This document shows, piece by piece, positions 9,001 to 19,457 of a stretch of DNA of 64,000 bases. This DNA comes from an uncultured bacterium (GTDB lineage: Bacteria > UBP14 > UBA6098 > B30-G16): NCBI GenBank assembly GCA_965552135.1, contig CBEVQY010000005.1:1-64000 (forward strand), written 5' to 3'. The notes under the pieces are model-generated. The model worked only from the letters and a program-made list of their open reading frames with translations, was not told the origin of the DNA and ran no database searches. The position numbers and the translations under genes were made by a program. Every line of letters starts with the position of its first letter. Position 1 is the first letter of the stretch.

Positions 9001-9912
9001 TTACTCAACGAACATATGCGCCTTGAACGTGTTCACAACCTGCAGGAGCGCGATGCTTAAGAGATCTATGAAGAAAAGGAGCTTTGCCGCCCAGGGTATT
9101 TCGCTTATGCCCTGTTCCTGCAGCCAGCTTACGAAAGCCACAAGCATCCACACCTGGGTCACAGCTACGGTGACGAAGGTGACGAATATACTCGCCGAAA
9201 GGAGGGTCACCTCGCCCATCGTTTCGGAGACGAGCCCGAATGTGCCCAAAAAAAGCATCATCCCCATAACGACCAAAAGCTTTCCCGCAACAAGCTCGAC
9301 GACCTCCATATACCTGCGCAGCTTCGCCAAAGCCTTAAGGAACGGGTTTATCGCGACAGATACCACCAGGAACGGTATTGCAAGCCCCGCCGAGAAGATG
9401 CCCAAAAGCTTAACCCCCTGCATCACCGTCTCCTGCTGGGACGCGAGTGCAAGGATAGCGGCAAGGATCGGTCCGATGCAGGGCGACCAACCGAAGGCAA
9501 ACACAACCCCCACCAAAAAAGCCCCCACGTAGCCCAAAGGGGTTTTGGTGAGGCGAAAGCGCTTTTCGTGCTTGAGGAAGGGGATGTCGATTATGCCCGC
9601 CGTCGCCAGCCCAAGAACTATGACGAAGGCGCCACCTATCTGCGAGAAGAGTTTACTTTTCGCGAAGAGGAAATTCCCCACAGCCGTTGCGGTCGCGCCA
9701 AGAGCAACGAAAACAACCGTGAAACCAAGCACGAAGAAAAGCGAGGAGATGAAGATCCCGAGCTTGCTTACCTTGCCCGCCTGCGCATCCAGAAGCGAAA
9801 CGCCCGAAATGAAGGCTATGTAGGAGGGGATGAGGGGGAGTATGCACGGCGAAAGAAAGGTCAAAAGTCCGCCCAAAAAAGCCCCAAATGCGCTCACCTC
9901 TTGACCGTACAT
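9001..9912 (-). CDS. ccdA: Cytochrome c biogenesis protein CcdA with C-terminal membrane extension
   Basis: FLSPCILPLIP and FGWSPCIGPIL. Confidence 0.9.
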   Translation of the reverse strand: MYGQEVSAFGAFLGGLLTFLSPCILPLIPSYIAFISGVSLLDAQAGKVSKLGIFISSLFFVLGFTVVFVALGATATAVGNFLFAKSKLFSQIGGAFVIVLGLATAGIIDIPFLKHEKRFRLTKTPLGYVGAFLVGVVFAFGWSPCIGPILAAILALASQQETVMQGVKLLGIFSAGLAIPFLVVSVAINPFLKALAKLRRYMEVVELVAGKLLVVMGMMLFLGTFGLVSETMGEVTLLSASIFVTFVTVAVTQVWMLVAFVSWLQEQGISEIPWAAKLLFFIDLLSIALLQVVNTFKAHMFVE

Positions 9913-10013
9913 AGACCCCCTCCTCGGTTTGTAAAAATAGATAGCGCATCAGCCGCATTTGTCAACCAATTATCCCTTGCTATGGTGGTGCGGGAGGGCT
10001 ATTTGTTTATTCG

Positions 10014-11105
10014 ATGAGGCTTTCGGAGCTTAAAGCGGTTTTGGCGGAGCTACCCTCGAAGCTTTCGGAGCTTGAGGCGAAGCTTTCCGACCCCAAGGTC
10101 GCCTCCGACGGGAGGCTTTTGGGCGAGATAAACCGCCAGTACAAGCGTCTGCGGGAGCTTTCGCGCCTCGGCGAGAGATACGAAGCCGTTTTGCGTCAGA
10201 TCTTGGAGGACGAGGCGGCGCTCCGCAGCGGCGACGAAGAGCTCGCCGCCATAGCGGAGGAAGAGCTCCCCACGCTGCGCGATGAAGCCGAAAGGCTTGA
10301 GCGAAAGATCCTTTCGCTCCTTTCGCCGCCGGATCCCAACGACGGCAGACCCGTTATAATGGAGATCAGGGCGGGGACAGGCGGAGAGGAAGCGGCTCTT
10401 TTCGCCGCCGACCTCTTCAGGATGTACTCCCGCTTCGCCGAGGAGCGCGGCTGGAGGGTCGAGGTCGTGGACGCAAACCCCACCGACCTTGGGGGCTATA
10501 AGGAGATCGTCTTTGTCGTGCACGGCGACGACGCATACAGGCTTTTGCGCTTCGAGTCGGGCGTTCACAGGGTTCAGCGTGTCCCCGTTACCGAGTCGGG
10601 CGGAAGGATACACACATCCGCCGCGTCGGTCGCCGTCCTGCCCGAAGTCCCCGACGAAGAGGTCGAAATCTCCCCCGACGACATAAAGGTCGAGACCTTT
10701 CGCGCCTCAGGTGCCGGCGGACAGCACGTGAACAAGGTCGAAACCGCCGTGAGAATCACGCACATCCCCACGGGGATCGTGGTGACCTGCCAGGCGGAGC
10801 GCTCACAGCACAAAAACAGAGCGCTTGCACTGAGGATTTTGAAATCGAAGCTCGCCGAGCTTGCACGAAGAAAGCGGGAGGAGGAGATAGACGCCGCCCG
10901 AAGAAATCAGATAGGAACGGGCGACAGGTCGGAGAAGATAAGGACCTACAACTTCCCTCAAAACCGCATCACCGACCACAGGATAGGCTACACCGCATAC
11001 AACCTCGCCGACGTTATGGAGGGAAAGCTTTCCGACCTTCTGGATGCCCTCCAGGCGGCGTGGGCGGAGCAGGTTCTCTCGGAGAAGCTTGGCACGAAGA
11101 CCTGA
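10014..11105 (+). CDS. prfA: Peptide chain release factor 1
   Basis: VQRVPVTE (PxT motif), [17 protein letters not shown]. Confidence 0.97.
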   Translation: MRLSELKAVLAELPSKLSELEAKLSDPKVASDGRLLGEINRQYKRLRELSRLGERYEAVLRQILEDEAALRSGDEELAAIAEEELPTLRDEAERLERKILSLLSPPDPNDGRPVIMEIRAGTGGEEAALFAADLFRMYSRFAEERGWRVEVVDANPTDLGGYKEIVFVVHGDDAYRLLRFESGVHRVQRVPVTESGGRIHTSAASVAVLPEVPDEEVEISPDDIKVETFRASGAGGQHVNKVETAVRITHIPTGIVVTCQAERSQHKNRALALRILKSKLAELARRKREEEIDAARRNQIGTGDRSEKIRTYNFPQNRITDHRIGYTAYNLADVMEGKLSDLLDALQAAWAEQVLSEKLGTKT

Positions 11106-11242
11106 GGTCTCGGCGGAGGCACGAGGAAACCACCGGGGCGAAGGCATTCATCGGGAAGTTGCCGCCGAGGCTGTGCCCCCAACGCAAACGAAAAGGCACA
11201 CGCCAAACATGTGAAGAAAGAACGCCCAATCAATCACACCCC

Positions 11243-11277
11243 AAAATAAAAAGGGCGCCCCAAAACGGAGGCGCCCT
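11243..11277 (-). terminator. Intrinsic terminator of the 11301-13640 gene
   Basis: AGGGCGCC/GGCGCCCT stem followed by a T-rich tract on the minus strand. Confidence 0.75.
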
Positions 11278-11300
11278 CAGAAACCCCGCGGCGAAGGAGC

Positions 11301-13640
11301 TTATCGCACAAGCATCATCCTGCGCAAAAGGCTTTCCTCGCCTGCGGTGAGCCTATAGATGTACACGCCCGAGGGCACGGGGTTGCCCGCATCGTCCCTG
11401 CCGTCCCAGACAACGCGGTGCACCCCCGCCTCGCAGGGACCCGAAACGAGCGTGCGAACAGCCTTCCCCAAAAGGTCGTAGATCACAAGCGACGCGTTCC
11501 CGTCCTCGGGCAGCGAGAACCTTATCTCCGTCGACGCGTTGAACGGATTGGGCACGTTCTGGTAGAGGGTCATCCACCCCGGCACAAGCTTTTCGGCAAC
11601 GCCGCCCGGAGACCAAACCTTGCAGCGGATCATAAGGTCCATCTCATTGTAAGGTGCGCTTGCGGTGGAGAGGTCGAAGAAGTCGTAAAAGTCAAGCTCA
11701 GGGTCAACCACCCAGCTGTGACCATCGTGCGGAGCGGTCTTGTCTATGCAAACCAAAACCCAGGACGACGTGTCGGCAGCCCAAACGGTTATCAGGAAGT
11801 CGTGGAACGGGATTATGTAGTCGTCCTCGAGGGTGTATTCGAACCACGCGGTATCAAGCCCCTCCTCGGGCAAAGTAGCCTCGAAGCTGTGGACGGGCAT
11901 AAAGTCGGGACCATCCGGGGTAAGCTCGAATATGGAGAAGACGACACCGCCAAATCCGCTTCCGCGGAAGGCGATTGACTGCAGGTGGGTTTCGTCGAAG
12001 GGGCATGAGAAATCGACGGCAAAACCGTCCTCGACCTCGGGGATCGTGTCGATGGAGGGGTTTATGAAAAGATACGGTCCGGCACCCGACGACGAGTAGA
12101 ACGTATCGAGGACGCCGTCGTCGAAGCCAAGCTCCCTGTATGCCTCCGTCGGGACGGTGAAGTCAAGTCTGCAGGTGTCGTTGCTGCCGTCCTCGTCGCC
12201 TGTGAGCGTAGTCCACGCAAGGACGTAGTAATCGCCGGGGTCGGTGGGGCGCCAGGTGAAGTTCCTGTGCCTCGACTCGCCAAAACCAACTGTAGCCGAC
12301 CCCAAAAGACCCATAGTAACTACGGAGTCGTCGGAGGTGAATATCTTGTAGTACACCGTGGGGTTCACCGTCTCAACGCCGTAGCCCGTTACGGCGGCGG
12401 TGAATATGATGTCCTGGTCAAGATTTATCGGTCCCGTGAATATGTTCGAAACGCCGGCATCGTAAGAGCTCCCGTAGAAGCCGCTTACGCAGATATCGTC
12501 GAGGAAGAGACCGCTCCCTGTGCCGCCGTCGTCGTTGTCGTCGTTTATGGCGACAAACCTTATCCTCACGTCGGCGCCCATGTAGTCGTACAGGTTAAGC
12601 GTCCCGGTGTAGAGGGAGTCGTTCGTCCAGGGCGACCACCCCGTTGCGGACGATCCGCGAGCGTAATCGGACGTCAACCACTCCCACGTGGCGCCGTCGT
12701 CGGTGCTTATCTGAACCTGATAGAAGTCTTCAAGATACCCGTCGTCGTCGCCGTCGTAGTCGGGGAGATCACAGTAAACCCAATAGGTTATCGTCGCGAG
12801 GAAGCCATCGGGGATGGTGATGACGGGGGATATGAGTGAATAGCGATCGCCCAGCGTGTTTGCCGCATGTGCGGAGTGAGTTGGCGAGTGCGACTCGACG
12901 TCGGTCACCTCGAACGGGAGGTTGTACAGCTCAAGCCCGTCGTGCGGAGTCATCTCGGTTGGCGCCGAGTCGCCGGCGTCGTCGAAGAAGAAGGTGTCGG
13001 CATCGTCGTATACGGCTATGTTATCCACCAAAACCCCAAAAAGGGATGGGTCATCGGTGGTGCAGAAAGCTGGATCACTGCCGAAGACGAAGGCTATCTG
13101 CACGGTTGCGCCGGCGTAGCCCGAAAGGTTGAAGCTTTTTTCGACCCATCCGTCCGAGCTTCCGCCCCAGCCGGGGATGCCCGGTCCCTCGCCGTTGTAG
13201 CCAAAGCCGTACATGCTGGTGCAGGGATACCCGTCGATGGGCTCGATGGGGGTAAACGTCGCTCCGCCGTCGGTGGATATCCTAACGTTGAAGCCGTCCC
13301 AGCCGTCGTAAACGTCGTAGGTGGCGGGAGCCTCGATGGAGTAGTTCACCATAACGGAAAGCATGAGGGAGCCTGCCGGCGCCGCCGGCAGGTCGATATC
13401 GGGCGAAACGAGCCACTGAAGCCACTCGTTGGTGTAACCGTCGAGCTCGTCGTCACCGCACCACCACGAATCGCCCTCGTAGGCTCGCACGTCGGTCAGG
13501 TGCCAGTGAACCTGAGGGATGTAGGTTATCCACTCACCCATCCCAGCCTCAAAGTCCTGGAAAAGCAGCGTATCAATTTCCGCCTGTCCCAGCGCAAAAC
13601 CCACAAAGAAAACAGCCAAAAGCAAACAAACCCTCCTCAT
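11301..13640 (-). CDS. Secreted acidic multidomain protein with FlgD/T9SS-like C-terminal domain
   Basis: Signal peptide; two jelly-roll repeats (ISTDGGATF/ISTDDGATW, G..VDNI/LDDI); QNVPNPFN..WDGRD..SGVY. Confidence 0.85.
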   Translation of the reverse strand: MRRVCLLLAVFFVGFALGQAEIDTLLFQDFEAGMGEWITYIPQVHWHLTDVRAYEGDSWWCGDDELDGYTNEWLQWLVSPDIDLPAAPAGSLMLSVMVNYSIEAPATYDVYDGWDGFNVRISTDGGATFTPIEPIDGYPCTSMYGFGYNGEGPGIPGWGGSSDGWVEKSFNLSGYAGATVQIAFVFGSDPAFCTTDDPSLFGVLVDNIAVYDDADTFFFDDAGDSAPTEMTPHDGLELYNLPFEVTDVESHSPTHSAHAANTLGDRYSLISPVITIPDGFLATITYWVYCDLPDYDGDDDGYLEDFYQVQISTDDGATWEWLTSDYARGSSATGWSPWTNDSLYTGTLNLYDYMGADVRIRFVAINDDNDDGGTGSGLFLDDICVSGFYGSSYDAGVSNIFTGPINLDQDIIFTAAVTGYGVETVNPTVYYKIFTSDDSVVTMGLLGSATVGFGESRHRNFTWRPTDPGDYYVLAWTTLTGDEDGSNDTCRLDFTVPTEAYRELGFDDGVLDTFYSSSGAGPYLFINPSIDTIPEVEDGFAVDFSCPFDETHLQSIAFRGSGFGGVVFSIFELTPDGPDFMPVHSFEATLPEEGLDTAWFEYTLEDDYIIPFHDFLITVWAADTSSWVLVCIDKTAPHDGHSWVVDPELDFYDFFDLSTASAPYNEMDLMIRCKVWSPGGVAEKLVPGWMTLYQNVPNPFNASTEIRFSLPEDGNASLVIYDLLGKAVRTLVSGPCEAGVHRVVWDGRDDAGNPVPSGVYIYRLTAGEESLLRRMMLVR

Positions 13641-13695
13641 CTCTCACCTCCGTCAAGCTTGCACACACTCAATAAATCAAGCCCTGCCGAATTCG

Positions 13696-14802
13696 TCAAG
13701 GAGTTCGTATTTTGTCGACGGTTTTTCTGTCGAGCCTGCGCACAACGGCGACAAGGAGCTTAACAAGATTTACGAAATCCTCCACGTGAATGACGGAGTT
13801 GTGGGAGTGGATGTATCGCGCTGGCACAGAGAGGGTAAGCGTTGGTACGCCGCTTTTTGTAAGCGCGATTCTGCCGCCGTCGGTGCCGCCACGGGCAAGC
13901 GCGCCAAGCTGGTAGGGGATCTTCTCCGCCTCGGCAACCTCGATCACAAAGTCCCTGAGGGTGGGGTTTGGCAAAAGGCTTGCGTCCATAACGGATATGG
14001 ACGGTCCCTTTCCGCACTGCTCCGCGAACTCGGAGTCTTCGGCGCCGGGCGTATCGCAGGCGATGGTGACGTCCACCGCGAAGGCGACATCCGGCTCAAC
14101 GTCGAAGGCGCTCGTCCCAGCGCCCCTCAAACCAACCTCCTCCTGAACGGTGCCAACGGCAAAAACGGTGTTGGGATGAGCAACCCCGCGAAGCTCCTTC
14201 AAAACCTCGATGGCGACGGCAACGCCTACCCTGTCGTCCCACGCCTTCGACATAAGCATCTTGCCGTCCCCAAGCTCGTGGAAGTCGGAGAGGGGAACTA
14301 TTGGATCCCCAACGCGTATCCCCAAAGCCTCGGCGGCGTTGTAGTCGCCGTAGCTCCCCACGTCGATGTACATCTTGTCCAGGTCGATCACCTTTTTGCG
14401 CTCATCAGGCGAAAGGACGTGCGGAGCCTTCGAGCCTATCACACCCACCACCTCCTTCCCGTCGCGCGTACGTATCAAAACCTTTTGCCCGAGGGCAACG
14501 TGCCCCCACCAGCCGCCTATCGGGTTGAACTTTATGTAACCCTTCGACGTTATCCCCCGCACCATGAAGCCCACTTCGTCCATATGCCCCGCGATCATGA
14601 TCCTTGGGGACGTGGCGCTGCCGCGCTTCTGCGCCACTATGCTCCCCAAACCGCACGTCCAAACCTTGTCGGCGTAACCTCTCACCTCCTGCCTGAAAAG
14701 CTCCCTGACGTCGCCCTCGAACGACGATGGACCAAAAGCCAAGGTGAGCTTGCGCAAAAGCTCCAGATAGCTCCTGTAATCATCCGACTTACGCCTCGCC
14801 AT
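13696..14802 (-). CDS. M42 family aminopeptidase
   Basis: GHMDEVG, KAWDDRVG, QEEVGLRGA, GGTDG, RYIHS. Confidence 0.95.
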   Translation of the reverse strand: MARRKSDDYRSYLELLRKLTLAFGPSSFEGDVRELFRQEVRGYADKVWTCGLGSIVAQKRGSATSPRIMIAGHMDEVGFMVRGITSKGYIKFNPIGGWWGHVALGQKVLIRTRDGKEVVGVIGSKAPHVLSPDERKKVIDLDKMYIDVGSYGDYNAAEALGIRVGDPIVPLSDFHELGDGKMLMSKAWDDRVGVAVAIEVLKELRGVAHPNTVFAVGTVQEEVGLRGAGTSAFDVEPDVAFAVDVTIACDTPGAEDSEFAEQCGKGPSISVMDASLLPNPTLRDFVIEVAEAEKIPYQLGALARGGTDGGRIALTKSGVPTLTLSVPARYIHSHNSVIHVEDFVNLVKLLVAVVRRLDRKTVDKIRTP

Positions 14803-14935
14803 GATACCCCCCTGATGCGTTCAAGCTTTTAAACATACAACAAATCTCCGGAGGGACAAGGAGAAAAAAGTTTGGGTCGTTTGTCTTGTCAACGGAGGTT
14901 CGATGGCTTATCTTTCGTTGCAGTTTCGCGGGGGG

Positions 14936-16033
14936 ATGCGAATGATACGCGAGGTATCCTTTCTTGTGATAGGCGGTGGTCCGGCGGGTTTGAGCGCCGC
15001 CCTTGCGGCGACGGAGTTTGGCATCGACACCATCGTCGTCGACGACGGGCTTGAGCTGGGCGGTCAGCTTGTGAAGCAAACCCACAAGTTCTTCGGGTCG
15101 AAGATGGAGCGCGCCGGGGTGCGGGGATTCGTCATAGGCGAGGAGCTTGTGGATGAGCTTGCCAGGCGGGAAAACTTCGAGGCTTTTGTCCGCACCACGG
15201 CGGCAGGGATTTACGAGGACGGCGTTGTGACGGCGGTGAAAAACGAGCGCCAGTGGCTTAAGTTCAAGCCGAAGCGGCTGCTTGTGGCAACGGGCGCAAG
15301 CGAGAGGATGATCCCCTTCCCCGGCAACGACCTTCCGGGCGTCTACGGCGCTGGCGCCGTCCAAACACTCATGAACCTCTACGGCGTTCTCCCCGGAAAG
15401 CGGGTCCTTATGGTCGGCGCCGGCAACATCGGACTCATCGTGAGCTACCAGCTTCTGCAGGCGGGCGTCAGGGTTGCCGCCGTGGTCGAGGCGATGGACC
15501 ACATAGGCGGCTACTGGGTCCACGCAAGCAAGATACGCCGCCTCGGCGTGCCGATACTGACAAGACACACGATCAAGGAGGCATGCGGCAAAGAGAGCGT
15601 TGAGTATGCGGTGATAGCTGAGGTCGACGACGAGTGGCGCCCCATACCCGGGACGGAGCAGAAGGTCGACGTCGACACAGTTTGCCTTGCTGTGGGGCTC
15701 TCGCCCACCGTGGAGCTCCTCTTCCAGGCGAAGGCGCAGATGAAGTACGTCCCCGAGCTTGGCGGGGACGTGCCCCTCAGGGACAAGTACATGCGCACAA
15801 GCGTTCCGTGGATCTACGTTGCCGGCGACGCCGCTGGCATCGAGGAGGCATCAAGCGCGATGCTCGAGGGTCAGATAGCCGGTCTTTCGGCGGCAAGGTC
15901 CCTCGGCGCCGAAATACCTGACTTTGAGGAGAGGATCGAAAGGCTTTGGGACGAGCTTTCCGCCCTGCGCGCAGGACCACTGCCCCAAAAGGTCCGCGAA
16001 GGGCTCAAGAAAGTTACGACAAGCTGGGACTAA
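14936..16033 (+). CDS. FAD/NAD(P)-dependent oxidoreductase, sarcosine oxidase alpha/proline dehydrogenase subunit-like
   Basis: GGGPAG, LGGQLVKQTHKFFGS, ATGASER..FPGNDLPGV, GAGNIG, AGDAAGIEEA; alternative start 14903. Confidence 0.85.
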   Translation: MRMIREVSFLVIGGGPAGLSAALAATEFGIDTIVVDDGLELGGQLVKQTHKFFGSKMERAGVRGFVIGEELVDELARRENFEAFVRTTAAGIYEDGVVTAVKNERQWLKFKPKRLLVATGASERMIPFPGNDLPGVYGAGAVQTLMNLYGVLPGKRVLMVGAGNIGLIVSYQLLQAGVRVAAVVEAMDHIGGYWVHASKIRRLGVPILTRHTIKEACGKESVEYAVIAEVDDEWRPIPGTEQKVDVDTVCLAVGLSPTVELLFQAKAQMKYVPELGGDVPLRDKYMRTSVPWIYVAGDAAGIEEASSAMLEGQIAGLSAARSLGAEIPDFEERIERLWDELSALRAGPLPQKVREGLKKVTTSWD

Positions 16034-16046
16034 AAGGGAGGGGTTT

Positions 16047-17624
16047 ATGCGAGGCTGGGCTTTGCTTTTGGCTCTGCTTTCGTGCGCCTCGGCGCTTGAG
16101 TTTAGCATGGAGATCACCGCCGTCTGCGGCGGCGAGAGCGCGGTAATTGCCTTCGGCGTCTCGCCGTCGGCAACGAACGGATACGACATCGGGATCGACG
16201 TTCCAGCCCCGCCGTCGCCGATGTTTTATGCATTCTTCCGCTCCATCGACTCCCTGTTCCTGTTCGACCTCGCCACGGATATCCGCTCGTCGCGCGACAG
16301 CGTCCAGGTGTGGGATGGCGCCACGGCGAACGAAACAGCACCCCAGGTAACCCTCCACTGGAACCCGGACGACTTCCCCGCCGACTCCGGCGAGCTTCTT
16401 ATAGGCTCCCACCTCCCCGGCGACAGCGTCGAGGAGTGGGTCGATATGACCGAAGAGGGCGAACTTACCTTCCCCGTGGGCAACGTATTTACGATCGTTT
16501 TGCGCAGGTCGATTTCGCCGCCCGCCGACACAACGCCGCCTGAGATCCTCGGCTGGAGCATAGCCTACGGCGAAACGATATCCGACCCCTCAACGCCCCT
16601 TGTGGTCGGCGCGCTCGACGGCGAGTCGGGAATCGACACAACATCTGCCACAATGCAATTAAACGGCTTCGACGTAAGCTTCTTCCTTGCGTGCTCGACG
16701 GCGCACGACACCGCGTTCTTCGTCTACTCCCCGGCGTTTATGCCCTACGCCCCCGAGAACACGGTGATCTTCTCAGTAAGCGACCTCGCCGGAAACACCG
16801 CCTCCGACACACTCGTCTTCTACACTGCACCGTCGGATACCAGCGACTCCCTCCACACGATAAGCGGCTTTATCATGCTTTCGGGCGGGTCGATGGACCT
16901 TTCGGGGAGCAAAGCCATTGTGGTCGAACTCGACCTTGTGGACACAACCGACATAACCGGCCGCTTCGAGTTCCCTCCGCTTCCCGCAGACACTTACACC
17001 ATAGTCGCCACGCGGGACGGATACATCCCGCAGGACACAACGATATACCTCATAAGCGACACGACGCTCTACTTCGTCCTCGAGCCTGCTGGTACGACCT
17101 TTGTGGTGCTCGACGGCACCGTTGAGCTTGAGGGGGAGGAGGACCTTTCGGGCTCTGTGGTCGAGGCGCTGTCGATGTGGGGCGACACGCTGTGCGACAC
17201 GACCGACGCAGCGGGATTCTATCAGCTCCTCTTGCCCGGGGCAGGACTTTACTACCTTCGCGCGTCGCACGAGGGCTTCAGAAGCGACTCTGCGGTCGTC
17301 CTCGTGCTTGCGGACACGACGGTCGACTTCTACCTGGAGCGCATAGGCTTCGTGAGCGAACCTGCGGGTGAAAGCCCTCCGACCCTGCGTCTGCGCCAGC
17401 TGAGCCTTGTGCACTGGCTTTTTGACATCCGCAACGCAGAGCGTGTTTGCCTGCTCGACGCAGCGGGGAGAGTCGTGAGGGTCTTCGAAGTTGGCGGTAG
17501 CGGAAGCGTCATTTGGCGCGGCGACGACGCAAGCGGCAACGCCGTGCCCGCCGGAGTTTACATCGTCGTCGCCGAGGGCGCCGGCGGTCAAAAGGCGGCG
17601 AAAAAGATAGTCCTGCAACGCTGA
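16047..17624 (+). CDS. Secreted protein with Ig-like/carboxypeptidase-regulatory repeats and FlgD-like C-terminal domain
   Basis: Signal peptide; two TD..G.(F/Y) repeats; WRGDDASGNAVPAGVY. Confidence 0.75.
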   Translation: MRGWALLLALLSCASALEFSMEITAVCGGESAVIAFGVSPSATNGYDIGIDVPAPPSPMFYAFFRSIDSLFLFDLATDIRSSRDSVQVWDGATANETAPQVTLHWNPDDFPADSGELLIGSHLPGDSVEEWVDMTEEGELTFPVGNVFTIVLRRSISPPADTTPPEILGWSIAYGETISDPSTPLVVGALDGESGIDTTSATMQLNGFDVSFFLACSTAHDTAFFVYSPAFMPYAPENTVIFSVSDLAGNTASDTLVFYTAPSDTSDSLHTISGFIMLSGGSMDLSGSKAIVVELDLVDTTDITGRFEFPPLPADTYTIVATRDGYIPQDTTIYLISDTTLYFVLEPAGTTFVVLDGTVELEGEEDLSGSVVEALSMWGDTLCDTTDAAGFYQLLLPGAGLYYLRASHEGFRSDSAVVLVLADTTVDFYLERIGFVSEPAGESPPTLRLRQLSLVHWLFDIRNAERVCLLDAAGRVVRVFEVGGSGSVIWRGDDASGNAVPAGVYIVVAEGAGGQKAAKKIVLQR

Positions 17625-17638
17625 CCAAAGGGGATGGC

Positions 17639-18415
17639 ATGAGGAAGGCGCTTCTTTTCGCGCTGGTTGCGGCGCTGTTTTTCGGCGGTTGCGCGCCGCG
17701 GGGAAAACTTTCGGTGCCGAAGATATCGCGCCAAGAGCTCCTCGACTCCCTGATGGCGCAGGACACCGTCGTCCACGTGGTGCAGCTTGGCGGGCGCGGA
17801 ACGTTCGAAACGCCTCATATGAGGAAGGGCTTCTCGTTCGACATCTTAGCGAAAAGAGGAGAAAAGCTTCTTGCCCACATCAAGGGTCCCCTTGGGATAA
17901 CGGCTGCGGTTTTGTGGCTCTGTCGGCCCGATTCGCTTTGCATCTTCCTGCCATCGAAGCGGACTGTTCTGGTCGAGCCCTTGGGGGTCAGGGAGAGCAC
18001 GGTTGTTCTTCCGCCCGCAGCGCCCATAATGATAGATATGTTCTGCGGGATCGCGCCGATAAGCCACTTCGCCGACTCGGTCAAAAGCTTTGAGCGGGCA
18101 AGCGAGGGCTACTACATCACCTTCGGCAAGGGCGACGAGAGTTTGATTGTGCTTGCCGCGCCCAATCCCTGGCACATAAAGAGCTTTCAGTGGGTGCGCG
18201 AGGGCAATCCACCCCAGGTGACGGACGTCGAGCTTGAGGACGGTCACGTCATAGGCAAGGTATGGCGACCGAGGAGGGTCGTCGTCACGGCGCCGGCGCT
18301 GGGGCAGACGATTGAGATCAAGATCACACGCGATATCATCAACCCCGAGGCAGCCGACTCCCTGTTCGAGCCGAAGCTGCCGTGGGATAAGGTCAACTGG
18401 CAGAGAGCCTACTGA
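17639..18415 (+). CDS. Lipoprotein, DUF4292/LolA-fold-like
   Basis: Lipobox FFGGC; IKGPLGI; family assignment tentative. Confidence 0.6.
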   Translation: MRKALLFALVAALFFGGCAPRGKLSVPKISRQELLDSLMAQDTVVHVVQLGGRGTFETPHMRKGFSFDILAKRGEKLLAHIKGPLGITAAVLWLCRPDSLCIFLPSKRTVLVEPLGVRESTVVLPPAAPIMIDMFCGIAPISHFADSVKSFERASEGYYITFGKGDESLIVLAAPNPWHIKSFQWVREGNPPQVTDVELEDGHVIGKVWRPRRVVVTAPALGQTIEIKITRDIINPEAADSLFEPKLPWDKVNWQRAY

Positions 18416-19437
18416 CCATCGTTTCTCACGACTATCGGCGCTCCGTCGAAGAGACCGAGGGTTCCCGTTACGATCACCCTATCGCCCGGCGATATGCCCT
18501 CCTTAATCTCCACGAGCGAGTCTCCCTGCACGCCGAGGACCACCCTGCGAGCTTTTGCGTAAGCGCCCTCGGCGACGAAGGCGAGGGTGTCCTCGACTAT
18601 TGCGTCCTCGGGGATGGCGAGAACCGAGTCGGCGCGCTCAACGACTATCCGTGCAACGGCGTACATACCGCTGCGCAGCTTGCCACCGTCGTTGGGAACG
18701 ACTATCGTGACCTTATAAGTCCCCGACTTGGGGTCGGCAACCTGATCAACCCGCTCGACCTCGCCTACGAAGGTGGTGTCGGGATACGCCTCGACGTGCA
18801 AAAGCGCCATCTGGCCGGGCTTTATCCGAACAACATCGCGCTCCGAGACGTTAACCTCGAGCTTGACCTTCGATACATCGACCACGGTGACCACAGAGGG
18901 CGTTCCGCCGAACGCCATCATCGCGTTGAAGAACTCGCCCTCCTGGACGTCGACCGAAGCGACGATTCCGTCGAATGGGGCGCGGAGCTCGGTGTTCTTC
19001 GCAGCAAGCTCGTAGGCAGCTCTGGCTGCCTTGTACGCAGCCTCGACCTGATCAAACTGCTGCTGCGATATCGAGCCCTGCTCGAAGAGCCTCTTCATGC
19101 GCTCGTAGTTCTCCTTTGCAGCTTTGTACTGCGCCTCGGCCTGACGGAACTGCTCGGGCGAAAGCTTTACCAAAACCTGCCCCCTGCGAACCTTCTCGCC
19201 CTCCCTGACGAGGATCTTCGTCACCCACGAGCTCATCCCGGGCGCCACGGGGACCTCTCTGTAGCCCTTTATGATCCCGCTGTAGCGCACCGTTTTGATC
19301 ACATCTGCAACCCTTGCCTTCGCGACGGAGACCCGCAGCGCGCCAAAAACCTCCTGCGAGGGCTCCTTCTCGCCCCTCCTGCCACAGCCACAGAAAACGA
19401 AGGCTACAGCAAGCGCTATCCAAACAAGCCTTTTCAT
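18409..19437 (-). CDS. RND efflux periplasmic adaptor (MFP), lipoprotein
   Basis: Lipobox, VREGEKVRRGQVL, RAPFDGIV, LRSGMYA. Confidence 0.93.
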   Translation of the reverse strand: MKRLVWIALAVAFVFCGCGRRGEKEPSQEVFGALRVSVAKARVADVIKTVRYSGIIKGYREVPVAPGMSSWVTKILVREGEKVRRGQVLVKLSPEQFRQAEAQYKAAKENYERMKRLFEQGSISQQQFDQVEAAYKAARAAYELAAKNTELRAPFDGIVASVDVQEGEFFNAMMAFGGTPSVVTVVDVSKVKLEVNVSERDVVRIKPGQMALLHVEAYPDTTFVGEVERVDQVADPKSGTYKVTIVVPNDGGKLRSGMYAVARIVVERADSVLAIPEDAIVEDTLAFVAEGAYAKARRVVLGVQGDSLVEIKEGISPGDRVIVTGTLGLFDGAPIVVRNDGQ

Positions 19438-19457
19438 TTCACCGTCACCTCGCTTCG

